Assembly: GCA_964528915.1 (NCBI GenBank)
Contig: CAZGUD010000032.1
Span: 4,008 to 68,007 of the forward strand
Direction: 5' to 3'
DNA from: an uncultured Terracidiphilus sp.
GTDB lineage: Bacteria; Acidobacteriota; Terriglobia; Terriglobales; Acidobacteriaceae
Length of the DNA: 64,000 bases
Both the position numbers and the translations under genes were made by a program. Below the pieces are notes generated by a model. That model was given only the letters and a program-made list of their open reading frames with translations, was not told where the DNA came from and made no database searches. Positions 1 through 10,136 of the stretch are shown in pieces (position 1 is the stretch's first letter; every line of letters starts with the position of its first letter).

Positions 1-192
1 GGCGGTGTTCATTCGCTCGTAGCGCACTCGATCGGCCATCAAAACCGTCTTCATGGTTCCTCCCTGCTCATTACAACATTTTCGGCGATGGAGTTGCTGT
101 GATTGCCGTTCTATTTCAAGATCTGAAACGGCGGAATCCGGGAACGGAGACGGCGACCGGCAGGCCTTTTGTACGGGGGTAGAATTAATGCC

Positions 193-1584
193 ATGCTGCT
201 TGATGAGGATCGATTGTTCCCTGTTGAACCGGCGGCTCGCAAAGTTGCCAGGGCGCTGTATGAAAGTGTTCGCGATTTGCCCATCGTCAGTCCGCACGGG
301 CACACGCAGGCCGGTTGGTTCGCGACCAACGCGCCGTTCCCCGACCCCGCCACGTTGTTCGTGCAGCCCGATCATTACGTCTTTCGCATGCTGTACAGCC
401 AGGGCGTCTCTCTCGACGATCTGGAGATCGGTCAGCCCCGGATAAAGCAGCCGCGCAAGGTCTGGCACATCTTTGCCAGCCATTACTATCTGTTCCGCGG
501 AACGCCGACGCGCATCTGGCTCGATTATGCGTTCCAGAATCTTTTCGGATTGACCGACCGGCTGAGTGAAAGAACGGCCGACCATTACTACGACGCGATC
601 CAGGAGAAGCTGAGCACGCCAGAGTTTCTGCCTCGCGCGCTGTTTGAACGGTTCAAGATTGAAGTGTTGTCGACCACCGATTCGCCGCTCGACGACCTCG
701 CACACCACAAGACGATTCGCGAGTCGGGATGGAGGGGCCGGATCATTCCCGCGTTCCGTCCCGATCCGGTCGTCGATCCGGATTTTCCAGGGTTTCTGGA
801 GTCGGTGGCCAAACTCGGCGTCGAGAACGACGAAGATACTGCGACCTGGGATGGTTACCTGGCAGCGCTGTTCAAAGCACGAGCGCGCTTCAAAACGCTC
901 GGCTGTACATCGACCGATCATGGACACCCGACAGCGCTGACCGCGGATCTCGATCGTACGGATTCGCAGATACTGTTTGAAAAAGTTCTCGCCGGATCGA
1001 CAACTGAGGCCGACCGCGAGATCTTCCGCGGGCAGATGCTGACCGAGATGGCGCGCATGAGCGTAGAAGACGGGCTGGTAATGCAGATTCATCCCGGCTC
1101 GGTGCGCAACCACAACCCGCTGCTCTTTGAGCGCTACGGCCGCGATATGGGCGCCGACATTCCGCAATCCACCAACTATGTGACTGCTCTCAAGCCCCTG
1201 CTGGGCCGCTTCGGCAACGAGAAGAATCTCACCATCATTCTTTTCACGCTGGACGAAACCAGTTACAGCCGCGAGCTGGCGCCCCTGGCCGGGCACTATC
1301 CATGCCTGCGCCTGGGTCCGCCATGGTGGTTCAACGACAGCCCTGAAGGCATGATGCGATTTCGACAACAGGCGACGGAGACCGCCGGCTTCTACAACAC
1401 GGTTGGATTCAACGACGACACGCGGGCGTTTCTTTCGATTCCATCGCGGCACGATGTGGCGCGCAGGGTCGATTGCGCATTCCTGGGCCGGCTGGTGGCC
1501 GAACACCGCCTCGAAGAAGATGAAGCATTCGAAGTGGCGCACGAATTGACGTATGGATTGGTGAAGAAGGCGTACAAGCTCTAA
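193..1584 (+). CDS. uxaC: Uronate (glucuronate/galacturonate) isomerase
   Basis: Motifs LPIVSPHGH, PDHYVFRMLYSQG, MQIHPG, LGPPWWFNDS and GFNDDTRAF are typical of UxaC. ATG at 193 preferred over the ORF-track start at 169. Confidence 0.93.
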   Translation: MLLDEDRLFPVEPAARKVARALYESVRDLPIVSPHGHTQAGWFATNAPFPDPATLFVQPDHYVFRMLYSQGVSLDDLEIGQPRIKQPRKVWHIFASHYYLFRGTPTRIWLDYAFQNLFGLTDRLSERTADHYYDAIQEKLSTPEFLPRALFERFKIEVLSTTDSPLDDLAHHKTIRESGWRGRIIPAFRPDPVVDPDFPGFLESVAKLGVENDEDTATWDGYLAALFKARARFKTLGCTSTDHGHPTALTADLDRTDSQILFEKVLAGSTTEADREIFRGQMLTEMARMSVEDGLVMQIHPGSVRNHNPLLFERYGRDMGADIPQSTNYVTALKPLLGRFGNEKNLTIILFTLDETSYSRELAPLAGHYPCLRLGPPWWFNDSPEGMMRFRQQATETAGFYNTVGFNDDTRAFLSIPSRHDVARRVDCAFLGRLVAEHRLEEDEAFEVAHELTYGLVKKAYKL

Positions 1585-1655
1585 GCAATTTGCGATTTGT
1601 CGCGCACACTTAAGCAGGTTTCCGGGCAGTGGCACTCGAGGGAACACATAACAGG

Positions 1656-2963
1656 ATGGCGACCAGGGCCAACACAGCAATCGAATCAACACGCGATGAG
1701 GAGCCGCCCTCACGTCTCGGCAACGTGCGCTGGACGATCTGCGCAATGCTGTTCGCCGCCACCTCGATTAACTACATGGACCGGCAGGTGTTGGGATTGC
1801 TGAAGCCCACACTGCAACACAGCATCGGTATGACAGAGGTGAGCTACGGCTACGTTGTGGTTGCCTTCCAGCTTGCCTACGCGCTGGGCCTGGTGGGCGC
1901 CGGATGGTTTGTAGACAAGGTGGGTACGCGAATTGGCTACGTGGTGATCATGGCCGTGTGGAGCCTGTCGGCGATGGCGCACTCGCTGGCCAACACCGTT
2001 GTGCAATTCGGCATTGCGCGATTTTTTCTCGGCCTGGGAGAAGCGGGCAACTTTCCATGCGCAATCAAAACCGTAGCAGAGTGGTTCCCGCAGAAGGAGC
2101 GATCGCTCGCCACCGGCATCTTCAATTCAGGCACCAATCTGGGCGCAATTCTCGCCCCGCTGATAGTCCCGTGGATCACGGTGCATTACGGATGGCATGC
2201 GGCGTTTCTCACTACCGGGCTCTTCAGCTTCGTGTGGATTATCTTGTGGTACAAAAAGTACCGCAAACCAACCGACCACCCCACACTGACCGGGCGCGAA
2301 CTGCGGCATATCTACCAGGAGGCCGCGGAACAGATGGGCCCCGCCACGCCATGGGCCAGGCTGCTTCAAATTCGCCAGACCTGGGCCTTCACGCTTGCCA
2401 AGTTCATCACCGACCCTATCTGGTGGTTCTATCTTTTCTGGATGCCATCGTACTTTGCATCGCGGTTTCATCTCGATCTCATGCATCTCGGGCTGCCGCT
2501 AATCATGGTCTACAACGCGTCGGCCGTCGGCAGCATCGGCGGCGGATGGCTGCCTGAATTCTTCTGCAAGTTCGGATTCACTGCCGTGCGCGCGCGGCTG
2601 ACCGCGATGTTTATTTGCGCATGCCTGGTGGTACCCGTGTTCTTGATCAACTATCTGAATTCAGAGTGGGCCGCGATCGGGTTGCTTGGACTTGCGGCAG
2701 CCGCCCATCAGGGATGGTCGGCCAATCTCTTTTCCACCACTGCCGACATGTTCCCGCGCAGCGCGGTCGGCTCGGTCACTGGAATCGGCGGAATGGCCGG
2801 CTCGCTCGGCGGAATGCTGCTTTCAGCCAGCGCCGGCTACATTCTTGAGTTCACGCACAGCTACGCCAGCCTGTTTGCGCTGGCCGCAACGGTATACCTG
2901 ATCGCGTTCGCGATTCTCTGTACTCTCGCGCCAGGACTCCGCAAAGTGGAGGCAAGAATATGA
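1656..2963 (+). CDS. exuT: MFS hexuronate transporter, ExuT/ACS family
   Basis: RWTICAMLFAATSINYMDRQ, RFFLGLGEAGNFP, EWFPQKERSLATGIFNSG and DPIWWFYLFW motifs; many TM segments; follows uxaC. Confidence 0.85.
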   Translation: MATRANTAIESTRDEEPPSRLGNVRWTICAMLFAATSINYMDRQVLGLLKPTLQHSIGMTEVSYGYVVVAFQLAYALGLVGAGWFVDKVGTRIGYVVIMAVWSLSAMAHSLANTVVQFGIARFFLGLGEAGNFPCAIKTVAEWFPQKERSLATGIFNSGTNLGAILAPLIVPWITVHYGWHAAFLTTGLFSFVWIILWYKKYRKPTDHPTLTGRELRHIYQEAAEQMGPATPWARLLQIRQTWAFTLAKFITDPIWWFYLFWMPSYFASRFHLDLMHLGLPLIMVYNASAVGSIGGGWLPEFFCKFGFTAVRARLTAMFICACLVVPVFLINYLNSEWAAIGLLGLAAAAHQGWSANLFSTTADMFPRSAVGSVTGIGGMAGSLGGMLLSASAGYILEFTHSYASLFALAATVYLIAFAILCTLAPGLRKVEARI

Positions 2964-4228
2964 GCCTTTACTGCGCCGTTGGAAGCACTGAAACCGCGCT
3001 CACACCAGAACAACTCCGCGAGTTGTTGAATGATGCGTTCGCAAAGTTAGGGCCGCGTAATGCGGTGTTGGCAGTGCCGCCCGACCAGAGCCGCGAGCAC
3101 TCGCAGGCCGGCCTGCTGACGCGGTTCGTCTTCGAGCATTATGGAGACCGGCTTAAAGCAGTGCTGCCGGCCATCGGAACGCACACTCCTATGCGCGCCG
3201 ACCAGATTGCGCGCATGTATGCGGGCGTGCCGCAGAGTATGTTCCGCGTGCACAACTGGCGCACCGATGTTGAGACGCTGGGCGAAGTGCCCGCCGAGTT
3301 CATCCGCGAGCAGTCTGAAGGCAAGCTCAACTATCCGTGGCCGGCGCAGGTTAACAGGCTCATCTCGCGCGGTGGATTCGATCTGATTCTGTCGATCGGC
3401 CAGGTGGTGCCGCACGAAGTGATCGGCATGGCCAACTACACCAAGAACATTGTGGTGGGCGCCGGAGGCCGCGAGGGCATCAACCGCAGTCATTACCTGG
3501 GCGCCGTTTATGGAATGGAGCGCATCATGGGCAGGGCCGAGAATCCGGTGCGCAAGGTGTTTGACTATGCAGCGTCGCAATTCCTCAGTCATCTGCCCAT
3601 TGTTTACGTGCACACGGTGGTTGGACGCGGAGAAGACGGCGGGTTGGCGGTGCGCGGACTTTATATCGGCGACGACCGCGATGTGTTTCTGCGCGCCGCC
3701 GAGCTCAGCCTGAAGGTGAACTTCGAGATAGTTGAGAAGCAGATCGAGAAGGCGGTTGTGTACCTCGATCCGCATGAGTTCCACAGCACGTGGATCGGCA
3801 ACAAAGCGGTCTATCGCACGCGCATGGCGCTGGCCGATGGAGCGGAACTCATCATCCTCGCGCCGGGTGTGCGCGAGTTTGGTGAAGACAAAGGCATCGA
3901 CGTGCTGATTCGCAAATATGGTTATCGCGGAACTCCAAACACGCTCAAAATGGTGGACGAGAATGCCGACCTGGCTGCCGATCTAAGTGCGGCTGCGCAC
4001 TTGATTCATGCAAGTTCCGAGGGCAGATTCAAGATCACTTGGTGTCCGGGGAATCTTTCGCGCGAAGAGATTGAGGGCGTGGGATACCTTTATGGCGATC
4101 TGAAAACAATGCTGGAGCAGTACGACCCAACCAGGCTGAATCACGGCTGGAACAAAGTCGGAAACGAAGAGATTTTCTTTGTAGCGAATCCGGGACTGGG
4201 CTTGTGGGCTCACAAGAGCCGGTTATGA
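2960..4228 (+). CDS. LarA (lactate racemase) family nickel-pincer hydroxy-acid epimerase, probable sugar-acid 2-epimerase
   Basis: PPDQSR, PAIGTH, VPHEVIGMANYTKN and INRSHYLG align with the LarA D/R, His, His...Lys and His motifs. Start overlaps the MFS stop (ATGA). Confidence 0.8.
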   Translation: MSLYCAVGSTETALTPEQLRELLNDAFAKLGPRNAVLAVPPDQSREHSQAGLLTRFVFEHYGDRLKAVLPAIGTHTPMRADQIARMYAGVPQSMFRVHNWRTDVETLGEVPAEFIREQSEGKLNYPWPAQVNRLISRGGFDLILSIGQVVPHEVIGMANYTKNIVVGAGGREGINRSHYLGAVYGMERIMGRAENPVRKVFDYAASQFLSHLPIVYVHTVVGRGEDGGLAVRGLYIGDDRDVFLRAAELSLKVNFEIVEKQIEKAVVYLDPHEFHSTWIGNKAVYRTRMALADGAELIILAPGVREFGEDKGIDVLIRKYGYRGTPNTLKMVDENADLAADLSAAAHLIHASSEGRFKITWCPGNLSREEIEGVGYLYGDLKTMLEQYDPTRLNHGWNKVGNEEIFFVANPGLGLWAHKSRL

Positions 4229-4241
4229 ATCGAGAAGGACG

Positions 4242-5507
4242 ATGGCAAGCGGAAGACTGAAACTCGGCAGATACTCGGTTGGGACCGGCGACAGGTTTGC
4301 TCACCAGGCCAAGGCTCAGTTGCAGGCCTGCATCAAGGCGCTTGAAAACGGCGTCGAGGTTGTGCCGGTGTGGAACAAGTCGAATCGCGAGCACACGATC
4401 ATCGGGTCAGAGCCGGCGAAAACACGCGAGGCTGCGGACGCGGCAGTAAAGGTACTCGATTGGAAGCTGCCTTACTATCTCGATGCGGATCACATCACCA
4501 CGAAAACGGTCGGACGCTTTCTCGATCCCTGCGATTTTTTCACGCTCGATGTGGCAGACTTTATCGGACTGCCCGCTGAGGCGGCTGAGATTGATGCATT
4601 CGTGGCTAGGCATCCTGAACTGCGCGGCTCAATCGAGCTCACCGGCGCCGATGAGCCCATCGAGATTGCCCGCGAGACGCTGATTGCGGCAGCCAAAAAG
4701 TTTCTGGCCGCGGTAAAACGCGCTGGAGAAGTCTATCGTGTGATCGAGCATGCGAAGAGCGCGGGAAACTTCATCTCCGAAGTTTCGATGGACGAGACCG
4801 ATCGCGCGCAGAGTCCGGTTGAGCTGCTCATTATCCTGGCTGCGATTGCCGATGAGGGCATTCCGGTGCAGACGATTGCTCCCAAGTTCAGCGGGCGATT
4901 CAACAAAGGCGTTGACTATGTGGGCGACGTTGCGCAGTTCGAGCGCGAGATGGCGCTGGACGTTGCGGCGATTGCCTACGCGGTGCAGCAATACAGTCTG
5001 CCCGGCGATTTGAAGCTGAGCATTCACTCGGGCAGCGACAAGTTTTCAATCTATCCCGCGATTCACCGCACCATGCAGCGCACCGGCGCGGGTGTTCACT
5101 TGAAGACCGCGGGGACTACGTGGCTCGAAGAGCTGATCGGGTTGGCCGAAGCAGGAGGCGGTGGACTTGCGTTGGCGAAAGAGGTCTACGGTGAAGCACT
5201 CCAGCATCGCGAGGAGCTGTGCGCACCGTACGCGACGGTGATCGATATTGATGTTTTAAAGCTGCCTGCGGCCGAAACCGTGAACCGTTGGACGTCAGAG
5301 CAATTCACATCGGCGCTGCGCCACGATGCGAGCAACCCGGCATACAATCCGAGCTTCAGGCAGTTACTGCACGTTGGCTTCAAGGTTGCGGCGAAGATGG
5401 GTGAGCGCTATCTGAACTTGCTTGACGCCAACCAGGTTGTAATTGCGAAGAACGTGACCGAGAACCTTTTCGACCGACATATTGCGCCGGTGTTTCTGGG
5501 GCATTGA
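4242..5507 (+). CDS. uxaE: Tagaturonate/fructuronate epimerase
   Basis: GTGDRF, DADH, EVSMDET, APKFSGRFNKGVDY, KLSIHSGSDKFSIYP and HLKTAGTTWLE motifs. Confidence 0.88.
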   Translation: MASGRLKLGRYSVGTGDRFAHQAKAQLQACIKALENGVEVVPVWNKSNREHTIIGSEPAKTREAADAAVKVLDWKLPYYLDADHITTKTVGRFLDPCDFFTLDVADFIGLPAEAAEIDAFVARHPELRGSIELTGADEPIEIARETLIAAAKKFLAAVKRAGEVYRVIEHAKSAGNFISEVSMDETDRAQSPVELLIILAAIADEGIPVQTIAPKFSGRFNKGVDYVGDVAQFEREMALDVAAIAYAVQQYSLPGDLKLSIHSGSDKFSIYPAIHRTMQRTGAGVHLKTAGTTWLEELIGLAEAGGGGLALAKEVYGEALQHREELCAPYATVIDIDVLKLPAAETVNRWTSEQFTSALRHDASNPAYNPSFRQLLHVGFKVAAKMGERYLNLLDANQVVIAKNVTENLFDRHIAPVFLGH

Positions 5508-5562
5508 ATTCGGTCCACTCAGCCCAGCAGTGAATTGCACCAAATACTATTTCGGAGAAATC

Positions 5563-6339
5563 ATGACTTCTCAGATTTTCAGCCTTGAAGGAAAGACCGC
5601 TGTTATAACAGGCGGCACCTCTGGAATTGGCCGCGCATTGAGCCTTGGTTTGGCCGACGCCGGCGCCGACGTAGTCGCGACCGCAAGGCGCGAGCAACAG
5701 GTGAATGAAACCGCAGCCGAGATCGAGCGGTTCGGCCGCAAGACTCTGCGCATGCCTTCTGACGTTTGCGATCGCGGCTCGCTGGAACGGCTGCTGGCCG
5801 GCACGCTCGAGAAGTTCGGCAAGGTCGACATCCTGGTGAACTGCGCGGGAATCATCAAGCGCACGCCAACCATCGACATTTCAGAAGAAGACTGGAACAA
5901 CATCATCAACACCAACCTGACGGGAACTCTGCGCGCGTGCCAGGTCTTCGGGCGGCCGATGCTGGAGCGTGGATACGGGCGGATCATTAACATCGCTTCG
6001 CTGAACAGCTTTGTTGCGCTGAGCGAGGTTGCGGCCTACGCAGCCAGCAAAGCCGCTGTCGCTTCGCTCACTCGGTCGCTGGCGGTGGAGTGGTCAAAGA
6101 AAGGTGTGACTGTAAATGCGGTCGCGCCCGGCGTCTTCCGCACCGACCTCAATGCCAAGCTGCTCGACAGTTCTCCGCGCGGGCAGGAGCTATTGATGCG
6201 CACGCCGATGGGCCGCTTCGGAAAGACCGACGAACTGATCGGCGCAACTGTGTATCTGGCGTCGGACAGCGCGTCGTTTGTGACGGGACAAGTCCTGGTG
6301 GTCGACGGCGGATTCCTGGCCAGCGGGGTGAATCAGTAG
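5563..6339 (+). CDS. SDR oxidoreductase (KduD/gluconate-5-dehydrogenase/mannonate-reductase-like)
   Basis: TGGTSGIG, NCAG and YAASK catalytic motif, VNAVAPG, TPMGRFG; SD GGAG before ATG 5563. Confidence 0.88.
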   Translation: MTSQIFSLEGKTAVITGGTSGIGRALSLGLADAGADVVATARREQQVNETAAEIERFGRKTLRMPSDVCDRGSLERLLAGTLEKFGKVDILVNCAGIIKRTPTIDISEEDWNNIINTNLTGTLRACQVFGRPMLERGYGRIINIASLNSFVALSEVAAYAASKAAVASLTRSLAVEWSKKGVTVNAVAPGVFRTDLNAKLLDSSPRGQELLMRTPMGRFGKTDELIGATVYLASDSASFVTGQVLVVDGGFLASGVNQ

Positions 6340-6455
6340 GGTCCGTTGACCGGCCGTGCAGTTCATTGCAACTGCGAACAATAGCGCGCTGATGATTTGT
6401 TGTTGCGCGTGCTTTGCCGACGGCGAATAATGATCCGAACGGTCAGGAGCCCCTG

Positions 6456-8276
6456 ATGTTCCGTTTTCCAGCCCCGCTCAATCCGGACCGGCAGATTCTG
6501 GCGATTGTATTCCTCGGCTGCTTGGTGCTCCCGGCCACTTCACAGAGCCCCCTTTACAAACCCGTTTCCCAGCAGACCGAATCCAAACCACCCGCGCCAT
6601 CGCTCACTCTGCGCACTTATTCGCGCTTGGTAACGCTCGAGGTGGTGGCGAAGGATTCGAAGGGGAACCACGTCACCGGGCTCAAGCCGGAAGACTTCGA
6701 GATCTTCGAGCAAACGCCGAGCAAGAGCAAGGCAAAACGCGAGCAGAAGATTGCGACGTTCCGTGAAGTTTCGATGGCTGACGTTTCGGTGCATGACGCG
6801 GGGCTCGCGGCGCAAATTCCAACAGGCGTCTATACGAACGTAGTTTCGTCGCTGAAAGACCCGATCCCGCCAACCATCATTCTTGTCGATGGCCTCAACA
6901 CCGACCCCCAGTACCAGTCGCAGGTGCACGTACGGATGCTTAAGATGCTTCAGCAGATTCCGCCCGACATTCCTGTTGCAGTTTTCCTGCTGGGGTCGCG
7001 CCTCAAAATGGTGCAGGACTTTACAACGGATCCGAGGCTTCTGCAGGCCGCTCTCAAGAACCTCACAACTCCAGCCGGGGTTGGGCTTGCCACCGTCGAT
7101 CCCCGTGACGATCCGCACTCATTGAGCAATGAGGAAGAGAACTCCAGGTTTTTCTCTCATGATTTAGTCGAGTCCGCCAGAGAATTTGAACTGAAGACGT
7201 TCGCGGGCGACATGGACTCGCGCGTCAGCAGAACCATCGACGCACTGCTCGCGATTGGCCGGCATGTAGCCGGCTATCCCGGCCGAAAGAATTTGCTTTG
7301 GCTTTCGACGGCATTCCCCATCGCATTGGCTCCTATGGGCGAAGCCACTCGGCCAGACCAACACTGGATAAACATGTTCGACCCCGACGCCGGCAAGCGT
7401 GACTACTCGGTGCAACTCGAAAGGCTAAACGCCGCCTTGAGCGACTCCAGGGTCGCCGTCTATCCCGTGAATATAGGCGGGGCGCAGACTCTGCATCTCT
7501 ATGATGCCGAAACCATTCCTGCAATTACTGATCCTGCCAATCCGAACTTTACGACTTACAAGCAGGATGCGTTAACCCGCGATGTGCGAATGCGCAACTA
7601 CGAGCAGGAAACGATGCACTCGGTCGCCGATGGCACCGGCGGCGCAGTTTGCCTCGGCGACAACGACCTGGCCGATTGCATTCATAAGGCCGTCGACGAC
7701 AGCAGCAAGTTTTATGAGATCGCCTACTATCCCGACTCCAAAGACTGGAAAGGGGAATACCGCCGCATAATCCTCGACACAAAAGTAAAGGGCTTGCATC
7801 TCGAATACCGGCAAGGTTATTTCGCCACCCCGGAAGGATACGGAACGAGCGGGAATGACGACTTGCAAATCGCTGCATGTCAGGGCCCTCTGGATGCGAC
7901 CGCTATATTTCTCGCTGCAAAGACTTTGCCTCCCGATCCTAAAGAGACCATGAAGTTCTACCTGATGATCAACCCCGCGGCGCTCACGTTCACCGCAGCC
8001 GGCAACGGCAATCGCGAGGTAAATTTGCACGTGGGAGTGTGCACCTTCGACGAGACCGGCAAGCCGCTGCACTATATGAGCGACTCGGTGGACCAGAGAC
8101 TGACCGCGAAGGAATTTGAGGCGCTGGCAAAGAGCGGACTGCCGCACGTGGTTGCGGTTGCCGGCCCCAAGCCGGCAGCAGTGCGGCTGGCAGTGATTGA
8201 TGAGCCCAGCGGTAAAGTGGGATCGGTGTTTGTGAAGACCGATGGGCCGGCAGCAGCTCCGGTGGCCGCGAAGTGA
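6456..8276 (+). CDS. Secreted Acidobacterial VWA-related domain protein, copy 1
   Basis: Signal-peptide-like N-terminus; RLVTLEVVAKDSKGNHVTGLKPEDFEIFE, ILVDGLNT, YPGRKNLLWLSTAFP, YEIAYYP, YRQGYFA. Confidence 0.85.
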   Translation: MFRFPAPLNPDRQILAIVFLGCLVLPATSQSPLYKPVSQQTESKPPAPSLTLRTYSRLVTLEVVAKDSKGNHVTGLKPEDFEIFEQTPSKSKAKREQKIATFREVSMADVSVHDAGLAAQIPTGVYTNVVSSLKDPIPPTIILVDGLNTDPQYQSQVHVRMLKMLQQIPPDIPVAVFLLGSRLKMVQDFTTDPRLLQAALKNLTTPAGVGLATVDPRDDPHSLSNEEENSRFFSHDLVESAREFELKTFAGDMDSRVSRTIDALLAIGRHVAGYPGRKNLLWLSTAFPIALAPMGEATRPDQHWINMFDPDAGKRDYSVQLERLNAALSDSRVAVYPVNIGGAQTLHLYDAETIPAITDPANPNFTTYKQDALTRDVRMRNYEQETMHSVADGTGGAVCLGDNDLADCIHKAVDDSSKFYEIAYYPDSKDWKGEYRRIILDTKVKGLHLEYRQGYFATPEGYGTSGNDDLQIAACQGPLDATAIFLAAKTLPPDPKETMKFYLMINPAALTFTAAGNGNREVNLHVGVCTFDETGKPLHYMSDSVDQRLTAKEFEALAKSGLPHVVAVAGPKPAAVRLAVIDEPSGKVGSVFVKTDGPAAAPVAAK

Positions 8277-8339
8277 CGTAAGCGGCGTCGAAGCGACACC
8301 GAAAACTCGCGGAAGCAAGGTGGGACGGAGACTATTGGG

Positions 8340-10118
8340 ATGAGCGCAGTTCGTGCCGGATTGAAGATCGCTCCGTTGTTCCTGCTGCTGTTGCCGGCAG
8401 GTCAATTGCTGTATGCGCAAAATCCGGCCTTAAAGCCGGTTTCCCAACAGTCGGCGGCAACGCCGCCCGTGCCTTCGCTCACTGTGCGCACATATTCGCG
8501 CATGGTGACGCTTGAAGTGGTGGTGAAGGATTCGAAGGGAAACCATGTGACCGGACTCAAGCCGGAAGACTTCGAGATCTTCGAGCAAACGCCGAGCAAG
8601 AGCAAAGACAAGCACGAACAAAAGATTGCGGCGTTCCGTGAAGTTTCGATGGCTGACGTTGCGGTGCATGACGCGGGGCTCGCGGCGCAAATTCCAACAG
8701 GCGTCTATACGAACGTAGTTTCAGCGCTGAAAAACCCCATCCCGCCCACCATTGTTCTGGTTGACGGGTTGAACACCGACGTCGCGTACCAGTCGCGCGT
8801 CCACGCGCAAACGCTGAAGATGCTTCAGCAGCTTCCCACCGACGTACCGGTTGCGGTGTTTCTGCTGGGACGCAAGCTGGTCATGCTTCAGGACTTCACC
8901 AGCGACCCGAAGCTTTTGCAGGTCGCACTCGGCAAAGCGATCACCCCGACAGGGCAAAGCATGGCGCAACTGGGTCCACGCGACGATCCTAATTCGGCCT
9001 ATATGCAATTGTTAAAGACGAAAGCGCCAATTCCCTTCGAAATGCTTGCGGCTGCGCTGGACGAGGATAACCGCAGCTTCACCGACAACGTGGATACGCG
9101 TGTTCGTTTGACCGAGGATGCCTTCATCGCAATTGCTCGACACATGTCGGGGTATCCGGGACGAAAAAACCTGCTTTGGATCTCGACCGCGTTTCCTATT
9201 AATGTGATCGTGCCGCCCCTGGATCACCAGCTTGATCAATTCAAAGATCGTGATTACGAAGCCGGAATCCAACGGGTGACGAATGCCTTGAGCGACGCCA
9301 GGATTGCCGTGTATCCAATGAACCCCGCTGGGGCGCGGCCGCCCGCCTTCTTTACGGCAGATGACCTGCCGGTGAATCCGAAACGAGAGTTCGAAGGACA
9401 AATGCGGGAGGTGGACACGATGCAGACGATGGCCAGCGCCACCGGCGGCGCAGTTTGCGTTGGCGACAACGACCTGGCCGATTGTATACACAAAGCCGTC
9501 GACGACAGCAGCAAGTTTTATGAGATTGCCTACTATCCCGACTCGAAAGACTGGAACGGCGAGTATCGGAAGATCATTCTCGACACGAAAGTGAAGGGCC
9601 TGCATCTCGAATACCGGCAGGGTTACTTCGCCAATCGAGAGCCGAGCGGAACCAGCGCAGGTGACGATTTGCAACGTGCCGCATGCGAAGGCCCACTGGA
9701 TGCGACCGCTATATTTCTCGCTGCGAAGACTCTGCCTCCCGATCCCAAGGAGACCATGAAGTTCTATCTCATGATCAACCCAGCGGCGCTCACGTTCACT
9801 GCAGCCGGCAACGGAAATCGCGAAGTGAACTTGCACGTCGGCGTCTGCACCTTCGACGAAACGGGTAAGCCGCTGCATTACATGAGCGACGCAATGGACC
9901 AGAAGCTGACCGCGAAGGAATTCCAGGAACTGACCACGAGCGGATTGCCGCATGTGGTTGCAGTTGCCGGCCCCAAGCCGGCTGCAGTACGGCTGGCAGT
10001 GATGGATGAGGCGAGCGGCAGGGTGGGATCGGTATTTGTGAAGACTGACGGACCGGTGATCGCTGCGGCTGCGGCCAGCTCAAGCGCTGGGCAGAATTTG
10101 CCGCTGACCCAAAAGTGA
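8340..10118 (+). CDS. Secreted Acidobacterial VWA-related domain protein, copy 2 (tandem paralog)
   Basis: Same motifs as 6456..8276; N- and C-terminal blocks are near-identical between the two. Confidence 0.85.
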   Translation: MSAVRAGLKIAPLFLLLLPAGQLLYAQNPALKPVSQQSAATPPVPSLTVRTYSRMVTLEVVVKDSKGNHVTGLKPEDFEIFEQTPSKSKDKHEQKIAAFREVSMADVAVHDAGLAAQIPTGVYTNVVSALKNPIPPTIVLVDGLNTDVAYQSRVHAQTLKMLQQLPTDVPVAVFLLGRKLVMLQDFTSDPKLLQVALGKAITPTGQSMAQLGPRDDPNSAYMQLLKTKAPIPFEMLAAALDEDNRSFTDNVDTRVRLTEDAFIAIARHMSGYPGRKNLLWISTAFPINVIVPPLDHQLDQFKDRDYEAGIQRVTNALSDARIAVYPMNPAGARPPAFFTADDLPVNPKREFEGQMREVDTMQTMASATGGAVCVGDNDLADCIHKAVDDSSKFYEIAYYPDSKDWNGEYRKIILDTKVKGLHLEYRQGYFANREPSGTSAGDDLQRAACEGPLDATAIFLAAKTLPPDPKETMKFYLMINPAALTFTAAGNGNREVNLHVGVCTFDETGKPLHYMSDAMDQKLTAKEFQELTTSGLPHVVAVAGPKPAAVRLAVMDEASGRVGSVFVKTDGPVIAAAAASSSAGQNLPLTQK

Positions 10119-10136
10119 TGTTGGGGTTCGTGCTGC

